DNA of 64,000 nt from an uncultured Eubacteriales bacterium (GTDB lineage: Bacteria; Bacillota; Clostridia; Christensenellales; CAG-138), in the NCBI GenBank assembly GCA_900540495.1, contig UQGA01000002.1:61230-125229 (forward strand), given 5' to 3'. Within the stretch, counting starts at the first letter, position 1. Each line of letters opens with the position of its first letter. Below are positions 9,249 through 18,185 of the stretch, piece after piece. Under the pieces are notes generated by a model. That model worked only from the letters and a program-made list of their open reading frames with translations, had not been told where the DNA came from and ran no database searches. Made by a program: the position numbers and the translations under genes.

Positions 9249-10139
9249 TTATCCTTTCAGTCCGCCAAGGGTCATGCCCTGCGTCAGCTTCTTCTGCGCG
9301 CACATGTAGAGGATGAGCGTCGGCAGCATAACGAGCACCAGCCCGGCGTAGAGCTGGCCGAACTCCGCGGACGATTGCTGCGCCTGCGTCAGTTGCATCA
9401 ATCCGACCGGCAGCGTTTTCTTGCCATTCGGGTCGGTCAGCAGCGTCAGCGCGATGATGTACTCGTTCCAGAACGAGAGGAAGTTGAACAGAATGACCGT
9501 CACGATGGAGGGCTTGGCCATCGGGAAGATGATGCGCACCATGGTCCGCCCGTAACCGGCGCCGTCCACATAGGCGGCCTCCTCAAAGTCGTGCGGGAGC
9601 GTGGCGAAGTAGCCGGAGAGCAGATAGATCGTGAACGGCAGCGCGGTCGAAGCGTAGACGAGCGCCAGAATCACGATATTGTTGAGCAGGAAGCCGCTGC
9701 CGAAGATGCTCCTCAGGAAGTTATCCCCATCGACCAGCATCAGGAAGATCGGCACGACGATGTAGTTGACGTTGATGAACAGGCCCGCCATGAACAGCGT
9801 GTTGAACGTGCTCTTGAGGCGGAATTTGAAGCGCGAGAGGACGTAGGCGGCCGGCAGCGCCACCAGCAGCAGAATGCCCAGCGCGAGCGCGGTGACAAGG
9901 ATGGAGTTGAACAGATATTCGCCCATCCGCGCCTTGTTCCACGCATCGATAAAGTTCTGGAAGTAGAACCCGGCGGGCAACGCCCAGGGGTTGCCATAGA
10001 ACTCGCTGTTCTCCTTGACGGAGGCCATGAACACCCACGCCACCGGCACGATGATGAGGATGGCGAGCGTGATGAGCGCCACGTAGATAAAGATTTTAAC
10101 GATGCGGTCCCCCGCCGGGGATTTTTCGGATTGCTTCAT
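9249..10139 (-). CDS. Carbohydrate ABC transporter permease (MalG-type)
   Basis: 296-aa polytopic ORF with an EAA-like loop (FEEAAYVDGAGYGRTMVRIIFPMAKP). Confidence 0.85.
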   Translation of the reverse strand: MKQSEKSPAGDRIVKIFIYVALITLAILIIVPVAWVFMASVKENSEFYGNPWALPAGFYFQNFIDAWNKARMGEYLFNSILVTALALGILLLVALPAAYVLSRFKFRLKSTFNTLFMAGLFINVNYIVVPIFLMLVDGDNFLRSIFGSGFLLNNIVILALVYASTALPFTIYLLSGYFATLPHDFEEAAYVDGAGYGRTMVRIIFPMAKPSIVTVILFNFLSFWNEYIIALTLLTDPNGKKTLPVGLMQLTQAQQSSAEFGQLYAGLVLVMLPTLILYMCAQKKLTQGMTLGGLKG

Positions 10140-10151
10140 GTGGACACCCCC

Positions 10152-11063
10152 TCAAAACTCCAGCACGTCGCGCTTGGTCACCCGGTTGACGAGCGCGGAG
10201 AGCGCAAACGAGAACAGGAACACGATCGCACCGATGGCCATGCCGTAACCATAGGTGGAGTTGGTATACGCCTGCTTGTACATGTAGGAAAGCGCCACCT
10301 CGGACGCACCGTTCGGCCCGCCGCTGGTCATGGCCTTGACGAACAGGAACGCCATGTTGATCGTGCTGATGATGAAAAACGTCAGCGTCGTACGGATATT
10401 GGTCCAGATCAGCGGGATCGTAATCTGGAAAAACTGGCGGATGCGGCCTGCGCCGTCCAGCCCGGCGCTTTCGTACAGGCTGACGGGGACGCTGGCCATG
10501 GAAGCCATGTACATCACCATGTAGTAACCGACCGCCTGCCAGATCATGGCGATGATCAGGCTCAGCATGACCATGCTTTCGCCCTTCCACAGGATGGAGA
10601 TCGTTTTCCCGCTGAAGAAGGAGAGCAGGCTGTTGAGCATACCGTTGTTGGTGCTGTAGATGGCGGAAAAGATCGCCGAGATGACGACCACGGAAAGAAT
10701 GTTCGGGATGTAGAACACGATGCGGAAAAAGTTCTGGCCGCGGATCTTCTCGCGCGTCAGGATGCCGGCAAAGACCAGCGCCAGCGCAAACGTCACGAGC
10801 GTGACCGCAACGATCAGCAGGATGGTGTTCTGCATGGAGCGGATAAAGTTGGCGTCGCCAAAGAGCGTGACGAAGTTCTCCAGCCCGACAAAGGTCTGTG
10901 TCGTGGAATAGGCGCTGCGACGGAACAGGGACATCCAGAACACATTCAGCGTCGGGATCAGCATGAATACGGTGAACAGGATTACGGCCGGCGCCAGGCA
11001 CAGAACGATAAAACGGCCGGTACGGCCTCTCGAACGGTTCACGATTGAGCTCCCTCCTTCCAT
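10152..11063 (-). CDS. Carbohydrate ABC transporter permease (MalF-type)
   Basis: 303-aa polytopic ORF with an EAA-like loop (YESAGLDGAGRIRQFFQITIPL). Confidence 0.85.
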   Translation of the reverse strand: MEGGSSIVNRSRGRTGRFIVLCLAPAVILFTVFMLIPTLNVFWMSLFRRSAYSTTQTFVGLENFVTLFGDANFIRSMQNTILLIVAVTLVTFALALVFAGILTREKIRGQNFFRIVFYIPNILSVVVISAIFSAIYSTNNGMLNSLLSFFSGKTISILWKGESMVMLSLIIAMIWQAVGYYMVMYMASMASVPVSLYESAGLDGAGRIRQFFQITIPLIWTNIRTTLTFFIISTINMAFLFVKAMTSGGPNGASEVALSYMYKQAYTNSTYGYGMAIGAIVFLFSFALSALVNRVTKRDVLEF

Positions 11064-11123
11064 GAAAGAGACGGGGGACGGCGGTGCGTCCCCCGTCGGA
11101 TGAACGGAGATACGGAATCAACC

Positions 11124-12440
11124 CTATTTGAGGTTGTCGCGCATCTGGTCGCTTGCGGCACGGATGCCGTCGATCCACTCCTGCTCGGTGATGGTGCCGG
11201 CCACCAGCGAGTTGACCGGATCGAACCACACGGTGCGGTTGTCGAGGCCCTCGATCGGGTCAAAGGCGGCGAAGTTGCCCATGGCCGCCTTCGCGCCGTT
11301 GTCGTAGATGGCGTAGAAGAGCTGGTTGTCGCCCTCGAGCTTGTCGGCGATGCCGAGCACCGGCTGGATGGCGCCGGCAGCGGCGAAGATCTCACAGGCC
11401 TTGTCGCTGTACAGGAAGGCGATGAACTGCTTGGCGGCATCCTGATTCTGCGAGCCGCTCGGGATCCAGGCCTGCTCAAACCAGGTGTAGCTGTACTGGT
11501 CGCCGCCCTCGGAGACCGCGGGCAGGGCGGTCATGCCCCAGCGGAACGTATCCGGACGCGGGGAGTCGGCCATCTCGCCGACGATCCAGGTGCCGTTGGG
11601 CATGAAGAGCGCCTTGTCGTCCAACACGAGCTGCTGGTTCATCTTGAAATCCTGGTCGTTGGCCTGCGCCGGGGTGGTGGGCTCGGTGTAGGTGGCGAGC
11701 TTGGCCACGATGTCAAAGCACGTCTGCGCTTCCGGCGTATCCCAGATGCCCTCTTCGTAATGCGTCGCCTTGTCGAAGAATTCCGGGCCGCCCACGGAGT
11801 ACATCAGCGCATAGAAGAATGCGTCAAAGTAGCCGGTGGTGGGGTAGGTGAACAGGTAGATGCCCTCGGCGAGCGCCTTGTCGCCCAGCTCCCACATCTC
11901 GTCCCACGTGGTCGGGACGGTCCAGCCCTTCTCGTCGAACAGGCCTGCGTCATAGAACAGACCGCAGGGCGAGTAGAACATCGGCGCCAGATAGGTCTTG
12001 CCGTCGCCGTAGGGGTTGGTCAGCGAGGTCTCGGTGAAGCCGCCGGCGATCTTGTCGGACACCTTCGCCTCTTCGCCCGGTACCGTCATGGACAGCACGT
12101 CGGTGATATCGACGAGGTTGTTGTCCTTGATAAAGGTTTCCGTCAGCGCGTCCTCACGGCCGGTCGCCAGATGGATCACGTCCGGATAATCGCCCGCCTT
12201 CATCGAGGGGCCGATCACATCCTCCAGGTTCTTGTCGGTCACCAGTTCCACTTCGATGCCTGTCACCTCGGTGAACGCGTCGCAAACCTGCTGCCACATC
12301 TCCGTGCCGTAGGCGGTTTCAATGGCAGCGACCTTGATCGTCTGCGCCGTGGCGTCGTCGCCGTTCTGGCCGTCGGTCGTGCAGGCGGCAAGACTCAGCG
12401 CCATGGCGAGCACAAGAACGAGAGCCAATACCTTTCTCAT
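11124..12440 (-). CDS. Sugar ABC transporter substrate-binding lipoprotein (probable GNB/LNB-binding)
   Basis: 438 aa. Lipobox LSLAAC. Family-1 extracellular solute-binding protein features. First gene of the minus-strand operon. SD AAGGAGGA upstream. Confidence 0.8.
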   Translation of the reverse strand: MRKVLALVLVLAMALSLAACTTDGQNGDDATAQTIKVAAIETAYGTEMWQQVCDAFTEVTGIEVELVTDKNLEDVIGPSMKAGDYPDVIHLATGREDALTETFIKDNNLVDITDVLSMTVPGEEAKVSDKIAGGFTETSLTNPYGDGKTYLAPMFYSPCGLFYDAGLFDEKGWTVPTTWDEMWELGDKALAEGIYLFTYPTTGYFDAFFYALMYSVGGPEFFDKATHYEEGIWDTPEAQTCFDIVAKLATYTEPTTPAQANDQDFKMNQQLVLDDKALFMPNGTWIVGEMADSPRPDTFRWGMTALPAVSEGGDQYSYTWFEQAWIPSGSQNQDAAKQFIAFLYSDKACEIFAAAGAIQPVLGIADKLEGDNQLFYAIYDNGAKAAMGNFAAFDPIEGLDNRTVWFDPVNSLVAGTITEQEWIDGIRAASDQMRDNLK

Positions 12441-12651
12441 CTTTTTTCCTCCTTGTTATTGATATATTGCAGCGCATCCGGCTGCGATGGAAAAGCCGGT
12501 TTATCCTGGGGGAGGGTAGTTGTGCAGGGAAGCCGATCTGTCCGTTCTGCTGTAAAAAATCGGTATCTCTTACATCTTTAGTTTAATTCGCACGTCCAAA
12601 AAGGCAAGGCAATTTATGTGGCAATGTTTTATAATTATTGGCATAAACGGC

Positions 12652-12680
12652 TTGCAAGAAAGGAAATATTTTTATATAAT
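12652..12680 (+). promoter_or_regulatory. Predicted sigmaA promoter of the AraC-family gene
   Basis: TTGCAA (12652-12657), 17-nt spacer, TATAAT (12675-12680), in an AT-rich divergent intergenic region. Confidence 0.5.
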
Positions 12681-12739
12681 ATATAAACAACGTGCGCTTG
12701 CGCCCATGCGCATCCATCCGGCAGGAAGGAGCCGTTTTC

Positions 12740-13579
12740 ATGAGCAACAGTCGATATGAATTTCTACCGCAGACGCAGGGGCTTCCGCCCTGCCAGTTGC
12801 TGTATCTCGCGTCCTCCCGTTTTGAGAACGACTGGCACAGCATCCGCCATTCGCACACCTGCGCGGAGATGTTTTTCTGCACGGGCGGGTCGGGACGTTT
12901 CCTGATTCAGGATGAAACGCTGCGCGTCGCCGGGGGAAATCTCGTGCTGATCAATGCGAATGTGGAGCATACGGAGCAGAGCCTGCGAGATAGCCCGCTG
13001 GCGTATACCGTGCTCGGGGTGGGCGGGCTGGAGTTCCACAGCGCCTCCCCGCGCGGGTATGCCCTGCTGGACTATGCCCCGCGCAGGAAGGAAGTGCTCG
13101 CCCTGTTGGAGGTGCTGCAGCGGGAGGCGACCCATCGGGAGGCGCACTATGCCGACGCCTGCCAGAGCGTCCTGCAACTGCTGCTGGTCGAACTGCAGCG
13201 GCTGTCCAACACGCGCGTGGGCAGCGTGGATGTGGGGGACAACCGGCCGATCAACAAGAACGCGGTGTGGGTCAAGCAGTATATCGACGAGCACTACAAC
13301 GAGAATCTGACGCTGGACGCTCTTGCGGACATCGTCCGCATGAACAAGTATTCGCTCGGGCACCTGTTCCAGAAGGCGTACGGCGTCAGCCCCATTAACT
13401 ATATGATCAATCGCCGCATCCTTGAGGCCAAACACCTGTTGGAGAGCACCGACCACAGCGTTTCCCAGATCGCGGAGATCCTGAACTTCTCCTCCCTCAG
13501 CTATTTTTCTCAGCGATTCCGCAAGCTCACCGGCATGTCGCCGAAGGAACACCGCGAGCACTATCAGCGCCGGTCGTAG
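12740..13579 (+). CDS. AraC family transcriptional regulator (cupin sensor plus HTH)
   Basis: Start MSNSRYEF at 12740 (AGGAAGGA upstream). C-terminal AraC HTH (SQIAEILNFSSLSYFSQRFRKLTGMSPKEHR). Divergent from the sugar operon. Confidence 0.85.
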   Translation: MSNSRYEFLPQTQGLPPCQLLYLASSRFENDWHSIRHSHTCAEMFFCTGGSGRFLIQDETLRVAGGNLVLINANVEHTEQSLRDSPLAYTVLGVGGLEFHSASPRGYALLDYAPRRKEVLALLEVLQREATHREAHYADACQSVLQLLLVELQRLSNTRVGSVDVGDNRPINKNAVWVKQYIDEHYNENLTLDALADIVRMNKYSLGHLFQKAYGVSPINYMINRRILEAKHLLESTDHSVSQIAEILNFSSLSYFSQRFRKLTGMSPKEHREHYQRRS

Positions 13580-13591
13580 CGCGGCCGCGGC

Positions 13592-15310
13592 ATGGCCCGC
13601 GTGTTCGCCAATCCGCTTTCCAACCGATACAAAGCCAGGATGCTCGACGCGGATACCATCAAGCCGTGGCCGGACGGGTTCGACGACGGATACGGCGCCG
13701 GATACGTGCAGGACGAAAGCTCTCTAATCATGGAAATGGCGTTTGAAAAGGCGATAGCGCGCGGGGATAACGTCATCATACCAAAGATCGGCGGCATCGC
13801 GGTTCGCGGAAGAAGGACGGCATCTTTCGCTGAATTACCTGCTGACCATTCGGAACAAAGCCACGGAAACCTTTACAAAAATGGGCGGAAAGCGGTATAT
13901 TTAATTATGCGGAATGGAGGAACAACGATGTCGGATTGGGAGAAGAACCGAGACTGGTCTGGCGCACCGGAGACGGAGGGCTTGCGTCCGTACTCGGAGA
14001 CGCTGCCGAACTGGAACGAACTGTCGGACGGAACCAAGGCGATGCTCAACGATATCGACGGGATATACCCGTTTCCGGAGGAACGGAGGCGGGCGATCGA
14101 GGAATTTCTGGCCAAGTCACAGGACGAAAACAAATAGACAGCGATACGACCGAAGCACCTGAAGAGGGTGCTTTTTTCGATGCGCTCATCCAGGATACGC
14201 CGCGCCGCTACTCGGCCAGAGCTACCACGAATGACGGTGCACACCGGCAGTCTGCCGAGGGAGAGCCTGCGGCGCCGGCTGTAGTGAAGCGGGGGATCGA
14301 GATTGACCATCATACGGAGCATAAAGGCCGAAACGATATTGAGAGCTACACGTTTGCAGCGCCAGTCGTGTTGAATGGCAAGCGCGGAAATGAAGCAGTG
14401 GTTGTTCAGCGTACGAACAGGAACAAGCCGCATGCGGTAAGGATTGTAATGCCTGACGGGAGTGGTTTCGACTTGGATGTGAATGAACGAAACAGCCCCG
14501 ACACATCCGAGAGGTTGCCACAAAGGGCAACAGTCTACGGGCCAGAAGGAACTGTTTCTGCAGACAGTATACACAATTCGCAGGAAGAGGTCAACTCTGC
14601 ATTGCCGGACCTCTGGTTTTCCCAGAAGGCGGATGCTGAGGGAGGAAGCGCACCGGGGAGGATTTACGATTACAGCAAGCCGTTTGCCGAGCAGGTGGAC
14701 GACTGGATGGCGGGGCAGATCCCTCAATATGATACGCTGCTCATCGGGCGGACGCCGCTGCTGTACCGGCAGATCGGCCTGAGCGACGTGCCGATGACGA
14801 TTGACCAGACGCACCTGGACTACATGGTCAACGGGACGAAAAACGAGGACCATCATCTGGGCGTAGAGCTGGTCAGGCAGCTGCCGGAGCTGCTGGAGCA
14901 TCCGGTGGCGGTCATCGAGTCGGCCACGCGGCCGGACGACAGCGTGATGGCGATCGTCAGGGGAAAGGTCAACGGCAAGCAGCTGGTGGCGGCGGTGCGC
15001 ATCGGCGGGAACGGCGTGTTAAATGATTTGGTAATTGATGCCAACCACATCGTGTCCGCACAGGGGCGTGGCAACGCCGTCACCAGACTGCTGAACGATG
15101 CGCTGCAAAAGGAACTGCGCGGCGAGGCGGGGGTTTACTACTGGAATAAAAACGAGGCTCTCCCGTTGATCGTGGATTCCGGGGTGCAATTCCCCGGAAG
15201 ACTCATCAACGACGGCCTCATTCATAGTATATTCGACGCGGCCTTTCCTGTCAACAGGAACTACCTGGAACAGACGGAGACGCGGCAATTCAAGCGCTGG
15301 TTCGCGGCGG
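13592..15310 (+). pseudogene. Degraded internal fragment of a mobile-element polyvalent protein (zeta-toxin/P-loop kinase-like piece, MuF-C-like domain); truncated at both ends and frameshifted
   Basis: Frame 2 reads DADTIKPWPDGFDDGYGAGYVQDESSLIMEMAFEKAIARGDNVIIPKIGG, which is zeta-toxin-like but lacks Walker A. Frame 1 reads YDYSKPFAEQVDDWMAGQIPQYDTLLIGRTPLLYRQIGL...HHLGVELVRQLPELLEHPVAVIES, which is MuF-C-like. It ends right after the inter-domain motif TETRQFKRWF. GC is lower here than in the flanks. Confidence 0.55.
13928..14137 (+). CDS. Possible small ORF inside the degraded element (69 aa)
   Basis: ATG at 13928 has GGAGG 7 nt upstream. A GCACC-N7-GGTGC-TTTTTT hairpin follows at 14155-14177. 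It could equally be part of the pseudogene. Confidence 0.3.
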   Translation: MSDWEKNRDWSGAPETEGLRPYSETLPNWNELSDGTKAMLNDIDGIYPFPEERRRAIEEFLAKSQDENK

Positions 15311-15477
15311 CTCTGTCGCCGCTCACGAGCATCGCCGGCCTGCCGGAGGTGAACCTGCAAATTCGTGTCCATTTTCGTGTCCACTCCGTTCCTAGAAACG
15401 CATATTTGGGTTCAAAAAAGCGGCAAATTTGCATAAAATATTGCAAATGCAACGGGGGAAAGTCCAGAAAAACAGGG

Positions 15478-15521
15478 AAAAAACAAGCAAGAAGCAGCCT
15501 TTAGGGCTGCTTCTTGCTTGT
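15478..15521 (-). terminator. Rho-independent terminator of tRNA-Ala
   Basis: 17-bp perfect stem (15483-15499 / 15505-15521) immediately after the tRNA CCA end, followed on the minus strand by a T-run (plus-strand A-run 15478-15482). Confidence 0.8.
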
Positions 15522-15597
15522 TGGTGGAGATAAGGGGACTCGAACCCCTGACTTCTGCATTGCGAACGCAGCGCTCTACCAACTGAGCTATATCCCC
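15522..15597 (-). tRNA. tRNA-Ala (anticodon CGC), CCA encoded
   Basis: Reverse complement reads GGGGATATAGCTCAGTTGGTAGAGCGCTGCGTTCGCAATGCAGAAGTCAGGGGTTCGAGTCCCCTTATCTCCACCA (76 nt). It folds as a cloverleaf with the G3:U70 Ala identity pair and anticodon loop TTCGCAA. Confidence 0.95.
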
Positions 15598-15627
15598 AAA
15601 TGTCATGCCGTTCTTAACAGCTTTCAT

Positions 15628-15656
15628 ATCATACAACAATTCCCCGTAAATTGCAA
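15628..15656 (-). promoter_or_regulatory. Predicted sigmaA promoter of tRNA-Ala
   Basis: On the minus strand: TTGCAA (15656-15651), 17 nt, TATGAT (15633-15628). The predicted TSS lies about 24 nt before the mature tRNA 5' end. Confidence 0.55.
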
Positions 15657-15668
15657 GATGCAATTTAC
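15646..15668. repeat. Perfect 10-bp-arm palindrome overlapping the tRNA promoter -35
   Basis: GTAAATTGCA-aga-TGCAATTTAC. Confidence 0.9.
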
Positions 15669-15783
15669 AGCGGGCGCCGTTTTTTTTCATCGCATGGCGG
15701 CGCCATGCTGCGGGCGGAGGCGCCGCCGCTTTCCGGGAATGGACGGGGCAATCGGAGCGCCGCTGTCCGTCCGGCGGGCGGGG

Positions 15784-15815
15784 ATAAAAAGGGGGGGGAG
15801 ACCGGCGTCTCCCCC
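15784..15815 (-). terminator. Rho-independent terminator of the feoAB/small-ORF operon
   Basis: On the minus strand: GGGGGAGAC-GCCG-GTCTCCCCC followed by CCCTTTTTAT. Confidence 0.7.
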
Positions 15816-15829
15816 TTGCCGGACGCCCG

Positions 15830-15991
15830 TCAAAGCTCCTTGACCAGCGCCTCCATCTCCGCGCGGCTTCGAACGCCGCGCGCCCGCGTGATGTGCTGCG
15901 CCTTCACGCCCTCCGGCAGCGCGGCGAAGCGCCGCATGGCGGCCGGGTCGCGCGAGAGGCATTGCAGAAAACCCTGCGGCATCTCGTCCAT
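15830..15991 (-). CDS. Small hypothetical protein (53 aa), YdeI/OmdA C-terminal-like
   Basis: Not in the ORF track because it is under 60 aa. Sequence MDEMPQGFLQCLSRDPAAMRRFAALPEGVKAQHITRARGVRSRAEMEALVKEL. SD GAGGTG upstream. Lies 44 nt after the feoB stop, with a terminator directly downstream. Confidence 0.55.
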   Translation of the reverse strand: MDEMPQGFLQCLSRDPAAMRRFAALPEGVKAQHITRARGVRSRAEMEALVKEL

Positions 15992-16034
15992 ATCCGTATC
16001 ACCTCGGCAATAGTATGGCGGCTGCCGGCGGCGG

Positions 16035-18185
16035 CTATGCGAGGCCCAGCAGGCGCGCGGCGGTCGCCGTCAGCAGGCAGAGTCCCATCCCGATAGCCGT
16101 CGGCAGCAAAGCCGCCACGCCGGCCCACTTCCAGCTCTGCGTTTCCTTGCGGATGGCCAGCAGCGTGGTCGAGCACGGCCAGTGGAACAGGGAGAACAGG
16201 AGCATGTTCAGCGCCGTCAGCCACGTCCAGCCGTGGGCGGTCAGCAGCATGCGCAGTTCCGCAAGGCTGCCGTATTCGGTCAGCGTGCCGGTCGCGGCGT
16301 AGGCCATGAAAATGATCGGGATGACGATTTCGTTGGCGGGGAGGCCGAGCACAAACGCCATCAAAATGACGCCGTCCAGCCCCAGCAGCCGGCCGAACGG
16401 GTCGAGCGCGCCCGCAAGGTGCGACAGCAGCGTGCCGCCGCCCACGGTGATGTTTGCCAGCGCATAGATCAGCAGGCCGGCCGGCGCCGCGACGCTGGCC
16501 GCCCGCGCCAGCACAAACAGCGTGCGGTCGAGCGCGGAGCGCACCAGCACCCGGCCGACCTGCGGGATGCGATAGGGCGGCAGCTCCAGCGTGAAGGACG
16601 ACGGAATGCCGCGCAGCAGCGTTTTGGACAGGAACCGGGAGGCGGCGAACGTCATTCCTACGCTCAGCAGGATGGCGGCGGTGAGCAGCAGGGCGGCGCT
16701 GCCCGCTCCTGCCGCCCCTGCGAAAAACATGCCGATCACCGCCGTAAGCATGGGGAAGCGGCCGTTGCAGGGGACGAGCGCGTTGGTCAAAATGGCGATC
16801 AGCCGCTCGCGCGGGCTGTCGATGATCCGGCACCCGATTACCCCCGCCGCATTGCACCCAAAGCCCATGCACATCGTCAGCGCCTGCTTGCCGCAGGCGG
16901 CGCAGCGGCGGAAGCGGTTGTCGAGGTTGAAGGCGACGCGCGGCAGATAGCCGAGGTCCTCGAGCAGCGTAAACAGGGGGAAGAAAATGGCCATCGGCGG
17001 CAGCATGACCGATATGACCCATGCGAGCGTGCGGTATACGCCGAGCACGAGAGCGCCGTGCAGCCAATCGGGCATCCCGATGGCCAGACAGGCGGCGCTC
17101 AGCGTATCCTGGAACGAAAAGAGCGCGCGGGAGAGCAGCGCGGAGGGCAGGTTGGCGCCCGCCATCGTCAGGTAAAGCACGAGCAGCAGCCCGAGCAGCA
17201 TCGCGGGCAGGCCGGTCCAGCGCCCGGTGAGGATGCGGTCGGCACGCCGCTGGCGCTCCTGTACGCGCCCGGTCCCCTGCTGCACGGCGCGTTTGCAGAT
17301 GGCCTCCGCATCGCGGAAGATGGCGGAGGTCGCTTCGTCCCGTACGCGGGCGGGGGAATAGCCGGCGCTCGCAAGTGCCGCCTGCGCGGCGGAAAGCGCC
17401 TCGGCCACGGCGGGATCTTCGCCCAGCGGCGCGCCGAGCATCGAGTCCACGCCGGAGAGCAACGACAGATCTCCGCACAGCAGGCGCATGGCGACAAAGC
17501 GTGCGCCCAGCTGACCGGCAAGGAATGCGGCCAACGGCGGCTGCAGCTTGGCGATGGCCTGTTCGACCGGCCGCGCATATCGCACGAGGTGCCGCTGCCG
17601 CTCGCCGCCCGGCCGCGCCGCTGCCGCCGCCTGCTCCATCAATGCGTGCAGGCCGCGCTTACTGCGCGCGCTCGTACCCACGCACGGCACGCCGAGTGCA
17701 TCCGACAGCGCGGCGAGATCCGGCCGGATGCCGCGGCGCTTTGCCTCGTCCATGAGGTTGACGCAGACAACGGCGCGTCCGGTGACCTCCAGAATCTGCA
17801 GCACGAGGTTCAGGTTGCGCTCGAGGCAGGTCGCGTCGCAGACGATGACCACGGCGTCCGCTCCGCCGAAGCACAAAAAGTCGCGCGCGACCTCCTCTTC
17901 GGCGGATTGGGCGCAGAGCGAGTACGCGCCAGGAATGTCCACGAGCACATACGGTTCTCCCGCAAAGCGGCATACGCCCTGCGCGCTGCCCACGGTTTTG
18001 CCCGGCCAGTTCCCGGTGTGCTGGCGCAGCCCGGTGAGCGCGTTGAACACGGTGCTCTTGCCCACGTTCGGGTTCCCGGCCAGCGCAATGATGCGAGCGC
18101 CTGCAACGGCAGGGCGCGGCATGGCCGCCGCAACGCCTGCGCCGCAACCCGCCTGCTGGCCGGTGGAGGCAACGGTCAGTCCCAT
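16035..18185 (-). CDS. feoB: Ferrous iron transporter FeoB
   Basis: G-domain GNPNVGKSTVFNALTG, DIPG, then a polytopic membrane domain. Start is ambiguous: ATG 18185 (overlaps feoA by 10 nt) or ATG 18122. The track ORF is over-extended to 18581. Confidence 0.9.
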   Translation of the reverse strand: MGLTVASTGQQAGCGAGVAAAMPRPAVAGARIIALAGNPNVGKSTVFNALTGLRQHTGNWPGKTVGSAQGVCRFAGEPYVLVDIPGAYSLCAQSAEEEVARDFLCFGGADAVVIVCDATCLERNLNLVLQILEVTGRAVVCVNLMDEAKRRGIRPDLAALSDALGVPCVGTSARSKRGLHALMEQAAAAARPGGERQRHLVRYARPVEQAIAKLQPPLAAFLAGQLGARFVAMRLLCGDLSLLSGVDSMLGAPLGEDPAVAEALSAAQAALASAGYSPARVRDEATSAIFRDAEAICKRAVQQGTGRVQERQRRADRILTGRWTGLPAMLLGLLLVLYLTMAGANLPSALLSRALFSFQDTLSAACLAIGMPDWLHGALVLGVYRTLAWVISVMLPPMAIFFPLFTLLEDLGYLPRVAFNLDNRFRRCAACGKQALTMCMGFGCNAAGVIGCRIIDSPRERLIAILTNALVPCNGRFPMLTAVIGMFFAGAAGAGSAALLLTAAILLSVGMTFAASRFLSKTLLRGIPSSFTLELPPYRIPQVGRVLVRSALDRTLFVLARAASVAAPAGLLIYALANITVGGGTLLSHLAGALDPFGRLLGLDGVILMAFVLGLPANEIVIPIIFMAYAATGTLTEYGSLAELRMLLTAHGWTWLTALNMLLFSLFHWPCSTTLLAIRKETQSWKWAGVAALLPTAIGMGLCLLTATAARLLGLA

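Noticed and set aside
13873-14901. 342-aa minus-strand ORF in the lower-GC island.
   Set aside because: It has no motif content or SD. It is antisense to the frame that carries clear MuF-C-like and polyvalent-protein similarity.
15300-15700. Search for an integrase gene or a direct repeat of the tRNA-Ala 3' end (an att site) delimiting an intact integrated element.
   Set aside because: I found no duplicate of the tRNA 3' segment anywhere in the window, and no recombinase ORF. Only a scar can be claimed.
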